NCBI RefSeq assembly: GCF_030144855.1
Contig: NC_082709.1
Location: forward strand, 24,180,001 to 24,244,000
Reading direction: 5' to 3'
DNA length: 64,000 bases
From: Hypanus sabinus
Taxonomy: Eukaryota
Of this stretch, positions 1 to 13,789 are shown in pieces (the first letter of the stretch is position 1; the number at the start of each line of letters is the position of its first letter). Under the pieces are notes generated by a model that was not told where the DNA came from, ran no database searches, and saw nothing but the letters and a program-made list of their open reading frames with translations. The position numbers and the translations under genes are program-made.

Positions 1-974
1 TATCACATATTCAAACGTCTGTAATGACTGTAGAGCTGTAGAGCTGCAGAACGCACAAGAAGCCAGTAGATGATCCAAAAATCAAATAAATGAATTTGGA
101 ATGAGAAAATAAAGGGAAAAGAAAAAAATAAATAGGTGAAAAGATTAGATGGGGCCAAGTAATATTGTAGTATGGTAGATTAATTTTTTCAACTATGCTC
201 ACTGGGAGACTGGGAGGGGGTGTACTTCATAGGGGAGGAGTAAAATAATTGTCCTTCACAATAACCGCCAGAAAAATAGTGCCAACACTATATACCAATC
301 CATCACTCCGAGGAACAGACCAAGAATTGAGAAAATAACAATAAAATAAAAAAGGTAAAGAAACTAACGAGGGAAAAGCCCTGTACATTATTAACACTGA
401 TCGTTTATTATAGAGTACATTATATGGAATTGGCTTCATTCCATTTTCTCAGGTTCGTATTTCAGAAATGCCCATAGAAAACCTTCAAGTACGTAACTTT
501 TGAAAATGAGTTTCTGATATTCAATCTGCTTGTAATTACATGTCTGAAAAAGAGGGCAAAAGCGCTGTTTCTTTCACTTTGATTTGCACCATACAAACAG
601 AAAATTGCTTTCAAGAAATCAGGCAGTACCAAAATTAGAGCAATTATACTAGAAGAGTTTCAAAATCTCAACTCTAATATCGGAGCTTTAGATGAAGCCA
701 TTTCGGAACAACCGAAAGTAATGTTTAGTGAACATCAAAAACACTGTAGATGCTGGAAATCTAATTCAAAACCAGAAATGTTGGAGATACAATGTTTTAT
801 GAGGTTTCAATCAAGCATTATGCGCGCAACGAACGTTCAAAACCAAAGTAATTTTTAAACCGCATTTGGTTTGAACGTGTACATTTAAAAGTATTTCCAC
901 ATAGCATTACTGTATTCCTAGCTCTAAAACAGTCCGCGGCTGCTGAACGCTTTGCGCTCGGAAAACTCGGCACT

Positions 975-983
975 GTTGCATCA
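975..983 (-). promoter_or_regulatory. C/EBP-ATF composite element (CARE/AARE, ATF4 type) in PHGDH intron 1
   Basis: GTTGCATCA on + is TGATGCAAC on -, matching the TGATGnAAn consensus; PHGDH is an established ATF4 target. Confidence 0.5.
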
Positions 984-1333
984 GCAAAGATCTTCGTTAA
1001 GTGAACCACAGCGCGCCGTCAGGAACAGTCACAATGGGACGGGAAGGGAATGATTCCCTCGTCAACAAATATATCTCAAATGACGATTTATATGCAGCTT
1101 CTCTAGTGGTTTGCCATTTATTCACCTCTACTCGCGTTTCGGTCATTTACTTACCCACGGAAATAAACGAATGGTTCCAAAGGAACATCAAAAGCGAGAT
1201 GTGCCCACCCTCTCTCCTCAGAACTTGCGCCAAAGTTATCACTACCATGCTAATGCCGAGAATCCCACTACCTGAGCGCCGCAAGTCCACCGCACATTAT
1301 CTTACTGCGAGAGTTTAGTTCCTTGGTTGATAC

Positions 1334-1468
1334 CTTTATTTCAACAAGCAGTTCATCCTCGGTCATATTTTTCTTCTCCACCACGTTGATTCCACTCTCC
1401 TCTAGGATTTTCTTACAACTGGCATCTACGCTGTCACTGATCAGGAGACTATGAACCGAAAAAGCCAT
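1334..1468 (-). CDS. PHGDH: D-3-phosphoglycerate dehydrogenase, coding exon 1 (45 codons; gene continues beyond left edge)
   Basis: Encodes MAFSVHSLLISDSVDASCKKILEESGINVVEKKNMTEDELLVEIK, matching the vertebrate PHGDH N-terminus (human [46 protein letters not shown]). Ends at phase-0 donor AAG|GTATCA (GT at 1333-1332). Confidence 0.92.
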
Positions 1469-1699
1469 CTTTCCTTCCAACTTCGGGAGTGAAAGTGTTC
1501 ACGTGGCCGCCAACTCCGACTTTTCAAAGCTGCCTAACCCCGCCCTTCGACAATTTATGAAGCATATTCTTTATTTAAAAAATCCCAACTACTGCATGCC
1601 AGTCAGAAATTCAAAAGCAAACGTGTTGATTTCAAAGTTGTCAAACCTAATATTGTGATTTTAAACGTAATTTCGAGTCAGAGTAATTGAGCACGGATA

Positions 1700-3480
1700 C
1701 AAGCCCCTCGGCCCGAAGAATCCATGCGAGTCACAGAACCCGCCAAACTAGTCCTGATTTCTTGCGCTCAGCCTCTCTCCAGAACGCACCTAATCCAGTT
1801 CTTCTTGAACGATACTATTCTACTCGCCTCATCCACTTCTGGTAGCTCAGACCATTCATTCACCACCCTCTGCGTGTATATGCCTTTTAAATCTTCCCAC
1901 CCCACCCCGCCACCACTCACCCTGAAGCTATACCTCCAGGCTTTGGACTCCCCTAACAGGGGAAAAGACTGTTATTTTCCACCTTATCTATGCCTCTCAT
2001 GATTTTAAACCTTTGTATAAGGTCACCTTCCATTCACCCACGTTGCAAGGAATAAACCTTTTCCTATAATTCAGGCCCTCTAGTCCTAGCAATATCCTTG
2101 TATGTCTTCTGCACTCTTTCCAGCTTAACTACATCTTTCCTATAACAAGCTGAGGAAAACTGTACACAATACTTCCAGTGCAACCTCATCAACAACTTAT
2201 ACGAGTGCAAAATAATGTCTGAACTTCTATAATGTCCCAACTGCATAAGGCCAACATGCTAAGCACCTATTTCACTACTCTATCTACCTGTGAGATTGCT
2301 TTCAAGAACTGTGTAATTGTATTCTTAAGCCCCTCTCTTCAGTTACACTCCCTAGTGCTCTACCATTTATAATATAAGTTCTTTGTTGGTTTGACTTTCC
2401 AAAATGCAAAACCTCACCTATCTGTGGTACACTTGACACTCCTTAGCTCACTTTCCTAACTGAACAAGATCCCATTTGTAATCTATGATAACCTTCTACG
2501 CTACCAACCACACCTCCTAATTTTGTGTCAGTTGAAAACCTACTGATCAAGCATTGTCCATTCTCATCAACATCATCTATATAAATAACAATTAATAAAG
2601 CTCCCTTGGAACACACCACTATTTACCAGTCTCCATTCCAAAAAAACAACCTTCAACCACCAGGCCAGTTTTGAATTAACTTAACTAGTTCCCCTTGGAT
2701 TCATGGGACCAAACTTTTCAGATCAGCTTATCGTGTGAGACCCTGATGAAATCCAAACAGACAACATCCACTGCTGTATGCTCATCTACCCATTAGGTGG
2801 CTGATGCACCATCAATAACTCTAGGAGACTGTAAGTGAACAATAGGCTTTTATTAGCAGCAAAAAGGAAGCACGACACCTCGGAGACTGAGGGAGGAGCA
2901 GTGCCCCAATTGCCTTTATAAAGGGGTCTGTGGGAGGAGCCACAGGAGCAGTCAGCAGAGGGGCGTGTCCAGACAGGTATACATAGTTTACCACAGTGGC
3001 CTTTTCAAAAAACTCTAAAGGTTTGTCAGGCAAGACATTCCACACACAAAGCCATGCTGACTCCTAATAAATCTCTTTATCCAAATGCTGACAGATCCTG
3101 TCTCTTAAAATCCCCTCCCTACTACAGATGTCAAGCTGACCACCCTGTAGTTCTTTGGCTTGTCCTTGCTACCCTTTTTAAACAACAGAACATAAGCCAT
3201 TGTCCAGTCTTCAGGAACTTCAAAAGTGGCAAATAATGAAGCAAATATCTTCATGAGGGCAATTTCCTGTCAAACCTCTCCCAAAGTCTGAGAATGCACT
3301 CAATCAAGCCCTGAGGATACTTCTGTCTTAGTTTGCTGTAAGCCTGCAAATACCCCTCCCTGGCTATATGAATGTCCTCCAAAACTACTTTACTTGTTTC
3401 CCTTATTCTTGAGCAACCCTAATTTATTCCTAAGTAAGCATTGATCCCTCCCATATTTTGTGGCTTAAGGCAGAAGCAGC
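1700..3480 (-). mobile_element. Decayed CR1-clade LINE (RT and 3' region), interrupted by a solo LTR
   Basis: ORF remnant LYKLLMRLHWKYCVQFSSACYRKDVVKLERVQK resembles the CR1 ORF2 C-terminus. Boundaries approximate. Confidence 0.7.
2802..2995 (-). mobile_element. Solo LTR, 194 bp
   Basis: TG...CA termini; perfect 5-bp TSD GTGGC (2797-2801, 2996-3000); on - strand TTTATAAA followed by AATAAA. Confidence 0.85.
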
Positions 3481-3499
3481 GCTGCTAATCTCTAAGGGG

Positions 3500-4100
3500 A
3501 CCTTAAAAGGGATCAGCAGTGGAAATGGAAAGCAGCTTCAAATTCCTGGGCATCAACATCTCAGAAAATCTATCCTGGGCCAGATATATTGATGCAACTA
3601 TGAAGAAGGCACATCAGCTACTCAACTGTGGGAGGAATTTGAGGAGATTTTACATCACCGAAGTCCCTTGCAAACTTTTCCAAACGTGCAGTGGAAAGAC
3701 TGAGCAGCACAGGCTTATCCGGTCAGAAGGCCTGCAATGATATTCATCTCTAAAAAGAAATAGCTCCGTCATGGGCACAACCCTTCCCACTATCAACAAT
3801 ATCTTCAAAAGGTGGTGCTTCAAGAAGGTATCATCCATTATTAAGGACCCTCACTATCAGATCTTCTCATTATTACCACCAAGGAAGAGGTGCAGGTGTT
3901 TGAAGACCCACAAGTAATGTTTTAGGAAGAGCTTCTTCTCCGTCATTAGATTTCTAAATGGTCCATGAACTTCACTATTCCTCTTTTGCACTATTTATTT
4001 GTTGTTTGTAACTTAGTAATTTTTATGTTGCATTGTACTATTGCCACAAAGCAACAGATTTCATGACAGTTCCATGATATAAATCTGATTTTGATTCTTC
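3500..4100 (+). mobile_element. Rex1/Babar-like LINE 3' fragment
   Basis: SSFKFLGINISENLSW...KKAHQ motif; ends ATAAATCTGATTTTGATTC, the typical tail of this family. Confidence 0.65.
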
Positions 4101-5281
4101 TGACCTACTCTCTCCCTCATCACCCTTTTAGGCTTAATTGAACCTTTTGGGGTTTTCCTTAACCCTACCTGCCAAATTCAACTCATATCCTCTCTTTGCC
4201 CTCTGGATTTCCCTTTTGAGAATGTTCCTAGTCTTTTTTTCAAAAAGAGTCATCAAGAGATTCACATGATCCCAGCCTCCTAAACCCAATGTATGCTTCC
4301 CCTTTTTTTTCTTGACAGGAGCCTCAATATCTCTTGTCAGCTAAAGTTCTCTCAACATGTCATGTTTACCATTCACCCTAACAGGAACATGCTGCTCCCG
4401 TTCACTTACTATCACACTCTTAAAAGCCTTGTTGTCACTCATTCCTTTCAAACAGAATCACCCAGTTGACCTCTGCTAGATCCTGTCTAATGCACCCCCT
4501 CCCCCCAGATTAGCCTTGCTCCAGTTTAGGACTGTCCTATCCTTTCACATCACTATCATAAAACTAATTTAACTCTGGTCACCAGTGCTCCCTGACTGGT
4601 ATTTCAATTTCTTGGTCTGCCTCATTCTCTAAAAGGTCCAGTGTTGCACCTTCCCAGGTTAGGCCCTCAATATATTGATTCAGGAAACTTTAAGACCCTT
4701 AACCTTCTGGGTGGTCCAGGCAATACCGAGGAAATTAAAATCTTCATCACTGCAATTCTATTATTCTTACAACTATGAGCAGTATTTTTACAGCCCTACT
4801 CTTCAAGTTCCCATCGACTATTGGAAGGGGTCATTTATACAGACCACAAGAGTGATCCTCCACTTGTTGTTCTACCCATATGGTCTCACTGGATGATCCC
4901 CTAAGAACGTCATCACTATACTACTGTTACATCCTCCCTTATCAAAAATGCTACTCCCCCTACTTGTTTACCTGCACCTCTGTCACACATGTAGCATCTC
5001 TATCTTAAATTATTGGGCTACCAGTCCAGCCTTTCTTTCAGGACTATGTTATGGCTATAACATTCTAGTCCTGGGAACCATTCCATGTTGAGTGTATCTG
5101 CCTTACCTATTGAACCTTTAACATTGAAATGAATGCAATCTCTTTCCTGCCTTTACTGGGTCCCTAGCGATACTCATAACTAGACTTGCTCTCTCAGGCT
5201 ATAGCTTTATTCCATGAATTACCAGAAACCCAAAACCCTTCCTAGTCTAGTTTTAATCCCTCCCATTTGGCACTGGCAAGT

Positions 5282-7612
5282 TTCCCTGCAAACTTCACTA
5301 CTGTGTCTGCCTCCACCACTGACTCAGGCAGTGCATTCCACGCACCAACCACACTCTGAGTAAAAAACCTTCCTCTAAGATCCCCCTTGAACTTCTCACC
5401 CCTTACCTTAAAGCCATGTCCATTTGTATTGAGCAGTGGTGCCCTGGGGAAGAGGCCCTGGCTGTCCACTCAATTTATTCCTCTTAATATCTTGTATGCC
5501 TCTATCATGTCTCCACTCATCCTCCTTCTCTCCAAAGAGTAAAGCCCTAGCTCCCTTAATCTCTGATCATAATCCATACTCTCTAAACCAGGCAGCATCC
5601 TGGTAAATCTCCTCTGTACCCTTTCCAAAGCTTCCACATCCTTCCTATAGTGAGGTGACCACAACTGGACACAGTACTCCAAGTGTGGCCTAACTAGAGT
5701 TTTATAGAGCTGCATCATTACATTGCATCTCTTAAACTCTATCCCTCGACTTATGAAAGCCAGCACCCCGTAAGCTTTCTTAACTACCCTATCTACCTGT
5801 AAGGCAACTTTCAGGGATCTGTGGACATGTACACCCAGATCCCTCTGCTCCTCCACACTACCAAGCATCCTGCCATTTACTTTGTGCTCTGCCTTGGAGT
5901 TTGTCCTTTCAAAGTGTACCAACTCACACTTCTCCAGGTTGAATTTCATCTCTCACTTCTCAGCCCACTCCTGCATCCTATCAATGTCTCTCTGCAATCT
6001 TTGACAATCCTCTACACTATCCACAACACCAACAACCTTTGTGTCATCTGCAAATTTGCCAGCCCACCCTTCTACCCCCACATCCAGGTCATTAATAAAA
6101 ATCACAAAACTTAGGAGTCCCAGAACCGATCCTTGTGGGACACCACTAGTCACAACCCTCCAATTCAAATGTACCTCCTCCACCACAACCCTCTGCTTTC
6201 TGCAGACAAGCCAATTCTGAATCCACCTGGCCAAACTTCCCTGGATCCCATGCCTTCTGACTTTCTGAATAGGCCTACCGTGTGGAACTTTATCAAATAC
6301 CTTACTAAAATCCATGTAGATCACATCCACTGCACTACCCTCATCTATATGCCTGGTCACCTCCTCAAAGAACTCTATCAGGCTTGTTAGACATGATCTG
6401 CCCTTCACAAAGCCATGCTAACTGTCCCTGATCAGACCATGATTCTCTAAATGCCCAAAGATCCTATCTCTAAGAATCTTTTCCAACAGCTTTACCACCA
6501 CAGACATAAGGCTGACTGGTCTATAATTACCTGGACTATCCCTACTACCTTTTTTTGAACAAGGGGACAACATTCACCTCCCTCTAATCCACCAGTACCA
6601 TTCCTGTTGACAACGAGGACATAAATATCCTAGTCAGAGGCTCAGCAATCTCTTCCCTCATCTCATGGAGCAGCCTGGGGAATATTCCATCAGGCCCCGA
6701 GGCCTTATCCATCCTAATATATTTTAACAACTCCAACACCTCCTCTCCCTTAATATCAACATACTCCAGAACATCAACCTCACTCATGTTGTCCTCACCG
6801 TCATCAAGTTCCCTCTCATTGATGAATACTGAAGAGAAGCATTCATGAGAACCTCGCTCACTTCCACAGCCTCCAGGCACATCTTCCCACTTTATCTCTA
6901 ATCAGTCCTACCTTCACTCCTGTCACCCTTTTGTTCTTCATGTAATTGAAGAATGCCTTGGGATTTTCCTTTATCCTACTCGCCAAGGCCTTCTTGTTCT
7001 CCTCAGCCCCTTCTTAAATTCCTTTCTTGCTACCCTATATTCCTCAATAGCCCCATCTGATCCTTACTTCCTAAACCTCATGTATGCTGCCTTCTTCCAC
7101 CAGACTAGATTTACCACCTCACTTATCACCCACAGTTCCTTCACCCTACCATTCTTTATCTTCCTCACTGGGAAGAATTTATCCCCAACATCCTGCAAGA
7201 GATCCCTAAACATTGACCACATGTCCATAGTACACTTCCCTGCAAAAACATCATCCCAATTCACACCCGCAAGTTCTAACCTTATAGCCTCATAATTTGC
7301 CCTTCCACAATTAAAAATTTTCCTGTCCTCTCTGATTTTATCCTTTCCCATAATGCTAAAGGCCAGGGAGCAGAGGTCATTGTTCCCCTAGATGCTCACC
7401 CACTGAGAGATCTGTGACCTGACCCGGTTTGTTACCTAATACTAGATCCAGTATGGCATTCCCCCTAGTCGGCCTGTCAACATACTGTGACAGGAATCCG
7501 TCCTGGACACACTTAACAAACTCTGCCCCATCTAAATCATTGGAACTAATCAGGTGCCAATCAATATTAGGGAAGTTAAAGTCACCCATGATAACAACCC
7601 TGTTATTTTTAT
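5282..7612 (-). mobile_element. CR1-clade LINE, ORF2 (EN + RT) broken by stops and frameshifts
   Basis: EN motif IMGDFNFPNIDW; RT motifs YMDFSKVFDKVPH, SGVPQGSVLG, FADDTK; C-terminal RPHLEYCVQLWSP. Confidence 0.92.
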
Positions 7613-7635
7613 ATAAACCCTGCCTCTCAGGATCT

Positions 7636-7995
7636 TCAACAACTTGCAACCACTGAAGTAAGACATACTAATCTATAATTTCCTGGGTTATTTCTACTCC
7701 TGTTCTTGAACAAGGGAACAACATCTGCAACCCTCCAATCCTCTGGTACTTCTCCCGTCCAAATTGACGACACAACGATCGTCACCAGAGGTTCAGCAAT
7801 GTCCTCCCTTGCTTCCCAGAGTAACCTGAGGTTTATTTTGTCCAGACTTGGCAACTTATCTAACTTAATATCTTTCCAAAACTCCAGCACATCCTCTTTC
7901 TTAATGTCTATATGCTTAAGGGCTTCAGTCCACTGCAAGTCATCCTCACAACTGTCAAGGTCCTTTTCCCTGGTGAATATTGAAACAAAGTATTA
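7636..7995 (-). mobile_element. Second CR1 ORF2 fragment
   Basis: VPEDWRVADVVPLFKNRSRNNPGNYRLVCLTSVV. Confidence 0.8.
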
Positions 7996-8553
7996 AGTAC
8001 ATTGGCTGTTTGGGTTGTGTGTGGCTTGTCATTGATTCTATTGTTTCTTTGTCTCAATGTGCAAAAAAATGAATCTCAGGGTAATAGATGGTAATATTTA
8101 TGTAATTAGCTAAAAATTTACTTTGAACTTTGAAGTACCCTGAATCCTCATCATTAATAATGGACTCTAACATCTAGCTAACCACAGAAATCAGGGTAAC
8201 TGGCCCACCATTTCTTTTGTCCTTGGAGAGCTATGACACTTGCAATTTTCCATTCCTCAGGGAACATTCCATGATCTAGTGATTCTTGAAAGATCACTAT
8301 ATATTCCTCCACAACTCTTCAGCTACCTCTTTCAGAACCTTGGGATGTAGTGCATCATGCTGAAGGCTACCTAAATGTCAGAGTCATCTATTGTATGTGG
8401 TGGTCCTGATGCAGCCTCCTCTACATTAGAGAGACCTGACACAGATTGACTACTTATTAATTAGTGTACTAAACATTTTCCCAGTTAATACATGTATTAA
8501 CATATTTCAATAATAGTGCTGAAATAACTAATATTTACACATTCAATTGGAGA

Positions 8554-8580
8554 TTTTATTTATTTATTTATTTATTTATT
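8554..8580. repeat. (TTTA)n microsatellite
   Basis: About 6-7 TTTA units visible. Confidence 0.85.
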
Positions 8581-9394
8581 ACAGCAAACATTCAATCATG
8601 AGGTAAAGCAGCTCCCACTAGGTACCTTACGGCAAATATAGTAAAGCAGTTTTGGATCAGTTTGGAATGTGGAGGCCTGGACTTCCTGTAATTTTTTTTT
8701 TGAGCTCTCTATGGGTTTTACAGATTTTTCACTGAAATTTTTGTAATGACTTGGGAACACTTTATCATGCACATTGATAAAGTGGTTTCTCTATAGCACA
8801 GTCAAGCCTGTGAGTTAAGTCTCTGTTCTCTGTACAGCTGGTTGTTGGCAACTATCCTGAGTTAGAAAGGAACTGTATGTAAACACCCAGCAGGGCAGTC
8901 AAAGGGTGTGTAATCTCCCTGAGAGCCTCTGGATGTGTACATTTGTAACAATCTGCAATCAGAAAATGTTGACAATAATCAGCATCAGTGAAAAGAAAGA
9001 GTGGCATTGTTAATAGGCAGGGTCAATTACCTTTCATCACAACTGGGAAAAGTTAGAAATAAAATGTTTTAAGCTGCAGTGAATGAGGGAAGCCTGTGAC
9101 TTGGTGATCAGGTAAAACCCAATGACACAAGCAATTGTAGGTTATTTGAGTGGGGGTGGTGGGGAGGCTTATTCATATTGCAGGTGGAGAAACAAAAAGA
9201 CAAATGAGAACAGGAGAAACAAAATCTGTGCTGGTACTGTGAGCTGGAAAGCAAAGCAGATGTTGGTAATCTGAAATAAAATAGGTCAACCAGCAGTTGA
9301 GGAAGAGGTTACTATGGAAGGCCAAGAGATTGCTGCTGCCCTAGCAGAGAATTTTAAATCAGTTTATTGTTAAATGCACAAGCAGACATAAAGA

Positions 9395-10350
9395 AGCTAG
9401 AGAGTGGTAGTAGATGGTTGCCTCTCTGACTGGAGGCCTGTGACCGGTGGTTTGCCGCAGGGATCAGTGCTGGGTCTATTGTTTGTCATCTACATCAATG
9501 ATCTAGATGATGATATGGTTAACCAGATCAGCAAATTTGCAGATGACACCAACACTGGGGGTCAACAAGGAAGGCTACGATGACTTGGAGGGGGATCTGC
9601 ATCAGCTGGAAAAATGGGCTGAAAAATGGCAGATGGAATTTAATGCAGACAAGTGCAACAGTGTTGCACTTCGGTAGGACCAATGGGTAGGTTTTGCATA
9701 GTGAACAGCAGGGCAGTGAAGAGTGTGGTAGAACAAATGAATCTGAGAACACAGGTCATCACAGGTAGATAGGATTGTAAAGAAAGATTTTGGAACACAT
9801 AAATCAAACTACTGAGTACGGGAGATGGGATGTTACGTTGAAGTTGTTTACAATGTTGGCAAGGCCTAATTTTGAGTATTGTGTGCAGTTTTGGTCACCT
9901 AGCTACAAAAAAGATGTAAATAATGTTGAAAGATTACAGAGAAAAGTTATAAAGATGTTGCTAGGCCTGGTAGACTTGAGCTAGAAGGGAAGATTGAATA
10001 GGTTAGGAATTTATTCCTTGCAATGTAGAATGAGAGGAGATTTGATAGAGGTATTCAAATTATGAGGCGTATAAATCAGGTAAACACAAGCAGGCTTTTT
10101 TGAGATTGGATGGGACTACAACCAGAGATTGGGATAAGGGTGAAAAGTGAAATGTTTAATGGGAGCATGAGGGGAAACTTCCTCAGAGAGTTGTGAGAGT
10201 GAGTAATGAGCTGCCCGTGGAAGTGGTGTACGTGAATTCGATTTCAATGTTTGGATAGGTACATAGCTAATAGGTGTATGGAGGGCTTAAATGGTTTCAG
10301 CATGAACAAGATGGACCAAAGGGCCCGTTTCCATGCCGTACCTTTCTGTG
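9395..10350 (+). mobile_element. 5'-truncated CR1 LINE (RT to 3' end)
   Basis: PQGSVLG-like and KFADDT motifs; RPNFEYCVQFWSP. Confidence 0.85.
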
Positions 10351-13300
10351 ACATTGTGCCTGTGTACAGATACATGTATACACAAGTACAATAACAAATG
10401 TACTTGCAGCAGTGTCATAGGCACACAATGTTATGCAATCAACATTCACAAGTAAAAAAGCAAATTAAGCAAGTTAAACTATTTTTACAAGGGAAAAATT
10501 CAATTAGAACAAACGAAAGTCCAATTTATTGGAAAATGATTGTAATGTTTAGTGATCAGCATTGTGCCAGTTAGTTCCACAGGGATTAGTCATGTGCCTA
10601 TTAGTTTGTCAGCCTATTTTGACGTTTTTCATTGATTCTGTTGTATTTCTTCATTCTGCTGGGAATGCCTGCAAGAAAATGAATCTCAAGGTCAATTTTG
10701 ACTTATACAGTATGTATTTTGATAAATAAATGACTTGAACTTTGAACTTAGCTTGTTAAGTACATTTATAACTGAGATGTGAATGTTGGAGGAAAGTGTA
10801 GCAAGTATGCAGGTGACATGAATATATTGATAGTGGGTAAGGTAGCCTTAGGTACAGAATGATATTGAACAGATGGTAAATTGGGCACAGCAATGGCAGG
10901 TGGAATAGAACATACACAATGAATGGTAGGTCCTCAGGGAGTCCTGAGGAACAAAGTGTACTGTATACATTTAAAAATCCCTGAAGGTGGCAGTATAGGT
11001 AGGAAACTGTCAGAAGTATCTGGACTAGCAACTGAATTGATAAGGAATACTGAGTAGTATGGATCAAGTGCTCATAAATGGGAATAGCGTAGGTAGGTAC
11101 TTGATAGCTGGCACAGATACGAGGGGTCAAAGAGCCCACTTTTGTGCTCTATGACTCCAAAATACATGAGAATTAACATTACTATTGCAGGTTAAGAACA
11201 TGGCAGAATTAGCCATGTGAAGTAGGTGAATTTGACAATGATGACTCCTGGGAGCCAGTTGTCAGTTTCATTCTCTATTTAAAGAAAACTTGTTTATTGA
11301 ACTTACATTGAGCTCTGTTGGAATAATGTACAAGGCCAAAGTCAGATTGGACCAAGCTTTAGGCTAATATAGCTCCTAAGTTGGTGACAGAGAAATCAAA
11401 GAAAGAAAAGACACAAAAATAGATCACGTGGGAATGAGAGCAATGTGGAATTGGAAGTTAAGTTCATGAAACTTGTCATTTCATACAAGAGTAGGAAACA
11501 GTACCAATATAATCATCAAAATACAGAAGGAATGTGAACAGGACTGCAACAATAACTGTTCCATGTTTCTTAGAAAGAGCCTGAACACAGTGTTAATCTG
11601 TCTGAGGAAGCAAGTGGAGTTAAAAAGACGAATTTCTATGTGAGAATGAGTTCAACCAGATTGAACTGGAAGACTGGGAATTTCTGCACTTCTGTTCAAT
11701 GATGGAGTTGTTTGCTACAAGGCAATCCTCCTTGTTTATGCAAAGGAACTGAATTAACCTAATAGTTGCAGTGGCCTTGATGCTGACAATTTAATGTTAC
11801 ACGAAAAATTTCATTCCCACAATCAAAATTGTGTAAAAGGGAATGGAATAAAAATACTGTAGCACATAATATAGATATTAAACTGCAAGATTGTAGGAGC
11901 AATTATATCAATTTTATCATACATTTCAAGATTCAGGAGAAGAAAATTGGTAAAATGCAGTTGCCTTGGTTGTCTAAACAATGAGACTTCTATTCTTTAA
12001 GACTTTGCTGACAAGTCAGATGTTTGGTGAAGTGGAGAAACCCTTCATGTGAATAAGCGAATGAATCGTTGGTAGTTTGCCAACTTTTTTCTTGAATACA
12101 ATCATTATACAAATGAAATTGTGGCATAAATAACAAAATATCTTCCTGCCTGCAATCACTTTGGAAAAAACATAGTTAATGCATCAAACTTTCAGATCAT
12201 GCTTTTAAAATGCTCTTAATGAATTTTCCACACTATTTAAAGATTTATGGATACTTTTCCTGACGATCAGAATTTTTCACCGCTTATTTTTAATGAAAAC
12301 TTTATAAAATACTTCTGAAGAGCTCTTCAAAGTGTAATGAAATAGGTTACTGCATTTTTAATGTATTCCCTTTAATTTTCATTATTTGTTTCTGCTCCAC
12401 AAATATCATCAAAATCTATCCCTTTGACCGAGATTTTCATTGATCTTCTTACTTTTTTTATATCTTGATTCAAAATTTTCCATATGCCTTTTAAAACACC
12501 CTGTTTTATATTTAGTAAACAATTATTTAAACATTCTGCTGTTTTTGTCCTGTCCTAACCTTCTAGGCAGCTGCTATTTTAAGCTTTCAGTGCAGGAAAA
12601 ATCATTCATGTTAGAGCAGTAGAATAATTGAAAACATACCTTCCAACAATTTTCACCCTAATTTTGCAAGTTACCTTATTGTAGACCTATCTGGTTCTGA
12701 GCATGACACATGGAAAGTGGGAGAATAAAGTTGACTGGATGGCAGTGTTTATCACTGAGCATGCTTTATAACTGTAGAAGCACCAAAACATCAAGTACAA
12801 CTTCCTAATGAAGGTCTTGGTCTGAAACATTGTTTAATAATTTCCATAAATGCTGCCTGACCTGCTCTGTTCCTCCAGCATCTTGTGTGTTGCCTTGGAT
12901 TTCCAGCACCCGCAGATTTTGAACTTACTCTTTGGTTGGTCCTTAGGTTGCAGTCCTGCAACATGTGTCCAATCCTGAGCTTTGGTCTCTGTATTTGAGT
13001 TTGTACATTCTCCCTGGGTCCTTGTGGATTTTATCTGTGCTCTGGTTTCCTCTCAATATTGGTGTGCAAAATGGCTACTACATTTCTCCCAGTGTAGGTT
13101 GGTGATAGAGAATCAACATATTAAAAACATGGATGACAAAGTAAATAAATAGGAGAGCGGGATTGATCTGTGAGCCTCAATGACTTTCTTCCAAAGTTGG
13201 TTGGCATCTTCAAAGGCCATGGAGCACGCCTAAGGCCGATGCTGAGATATATCCCAGGATACACTGGGCCACATCAGCAGTGCTGTTACCTGTATCAGTG

Positions 13301-13789
13301 TGTGTTTTGGGACTTTCAACATCAGACCCAGGCGACTTAGGCAGAGTTGATCAGGCCCTGGCTTATGACCCCGGAGTATTGGTCCACGGTCACACCTCTT
13401 GATCCATAGCCATCTGTGTACTCTCAAAGGGATTGATGTAAAGGGTATTTGGAAAATGGTGCATTCCTGCCCTTCTGTGTACTCCCGATAAATCAACCCA
13501 GGTTTCTCAATGCCATTAATAATTATAGCTTGATAACATTCTTAAAAGCAAGGCATCAACTAACAGCTGCATAACTTTAATCAAAAGTTAGAAGGTTGTA
13601 ACAAAGTTGAAGTGAACACTAAAATGAAAAATCCACTAGCACAATTTAAAACATTTATTATCATTATTTTAAATCACATCACAATTTTCTAAAATACATT
13701 GTTTTTAAAATAATCTGTATAATTAAACATACATTATTTGATCCAATTTACATAAAAAAGATTGAGACTGAAGCTTACAATTTAGAGTT

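Larger units (their letters stand above)
820..1560 (-). promoter_or_regulatory. CpG-enriched PHGDH promoter / exon 1 / proximal intron 1
   Basis: Local CpG enrichment against an AT-rich background; GC box CCCCGCCC at ~1538-1545 and E-box CACGTG at 1500-1505 upstream of the ATG. Confidence 0.6.

Noticed and set aside
1-440. Two short hydrophobic ORFs at the window start
   Set aside because: AT-rich PHGDH intron, possibly LINE non-coding sequence; does not match PHGDH exon 2.
11200-12700. Non-repetitive AT-rich stretch checked as a possible KLHL23 remnant or other pseudogene
   Set aside because: Manual - strand translation of ~11760-12600 gave frequent stops and no BTB, BACK or kelch motifs; no identity can be supported.
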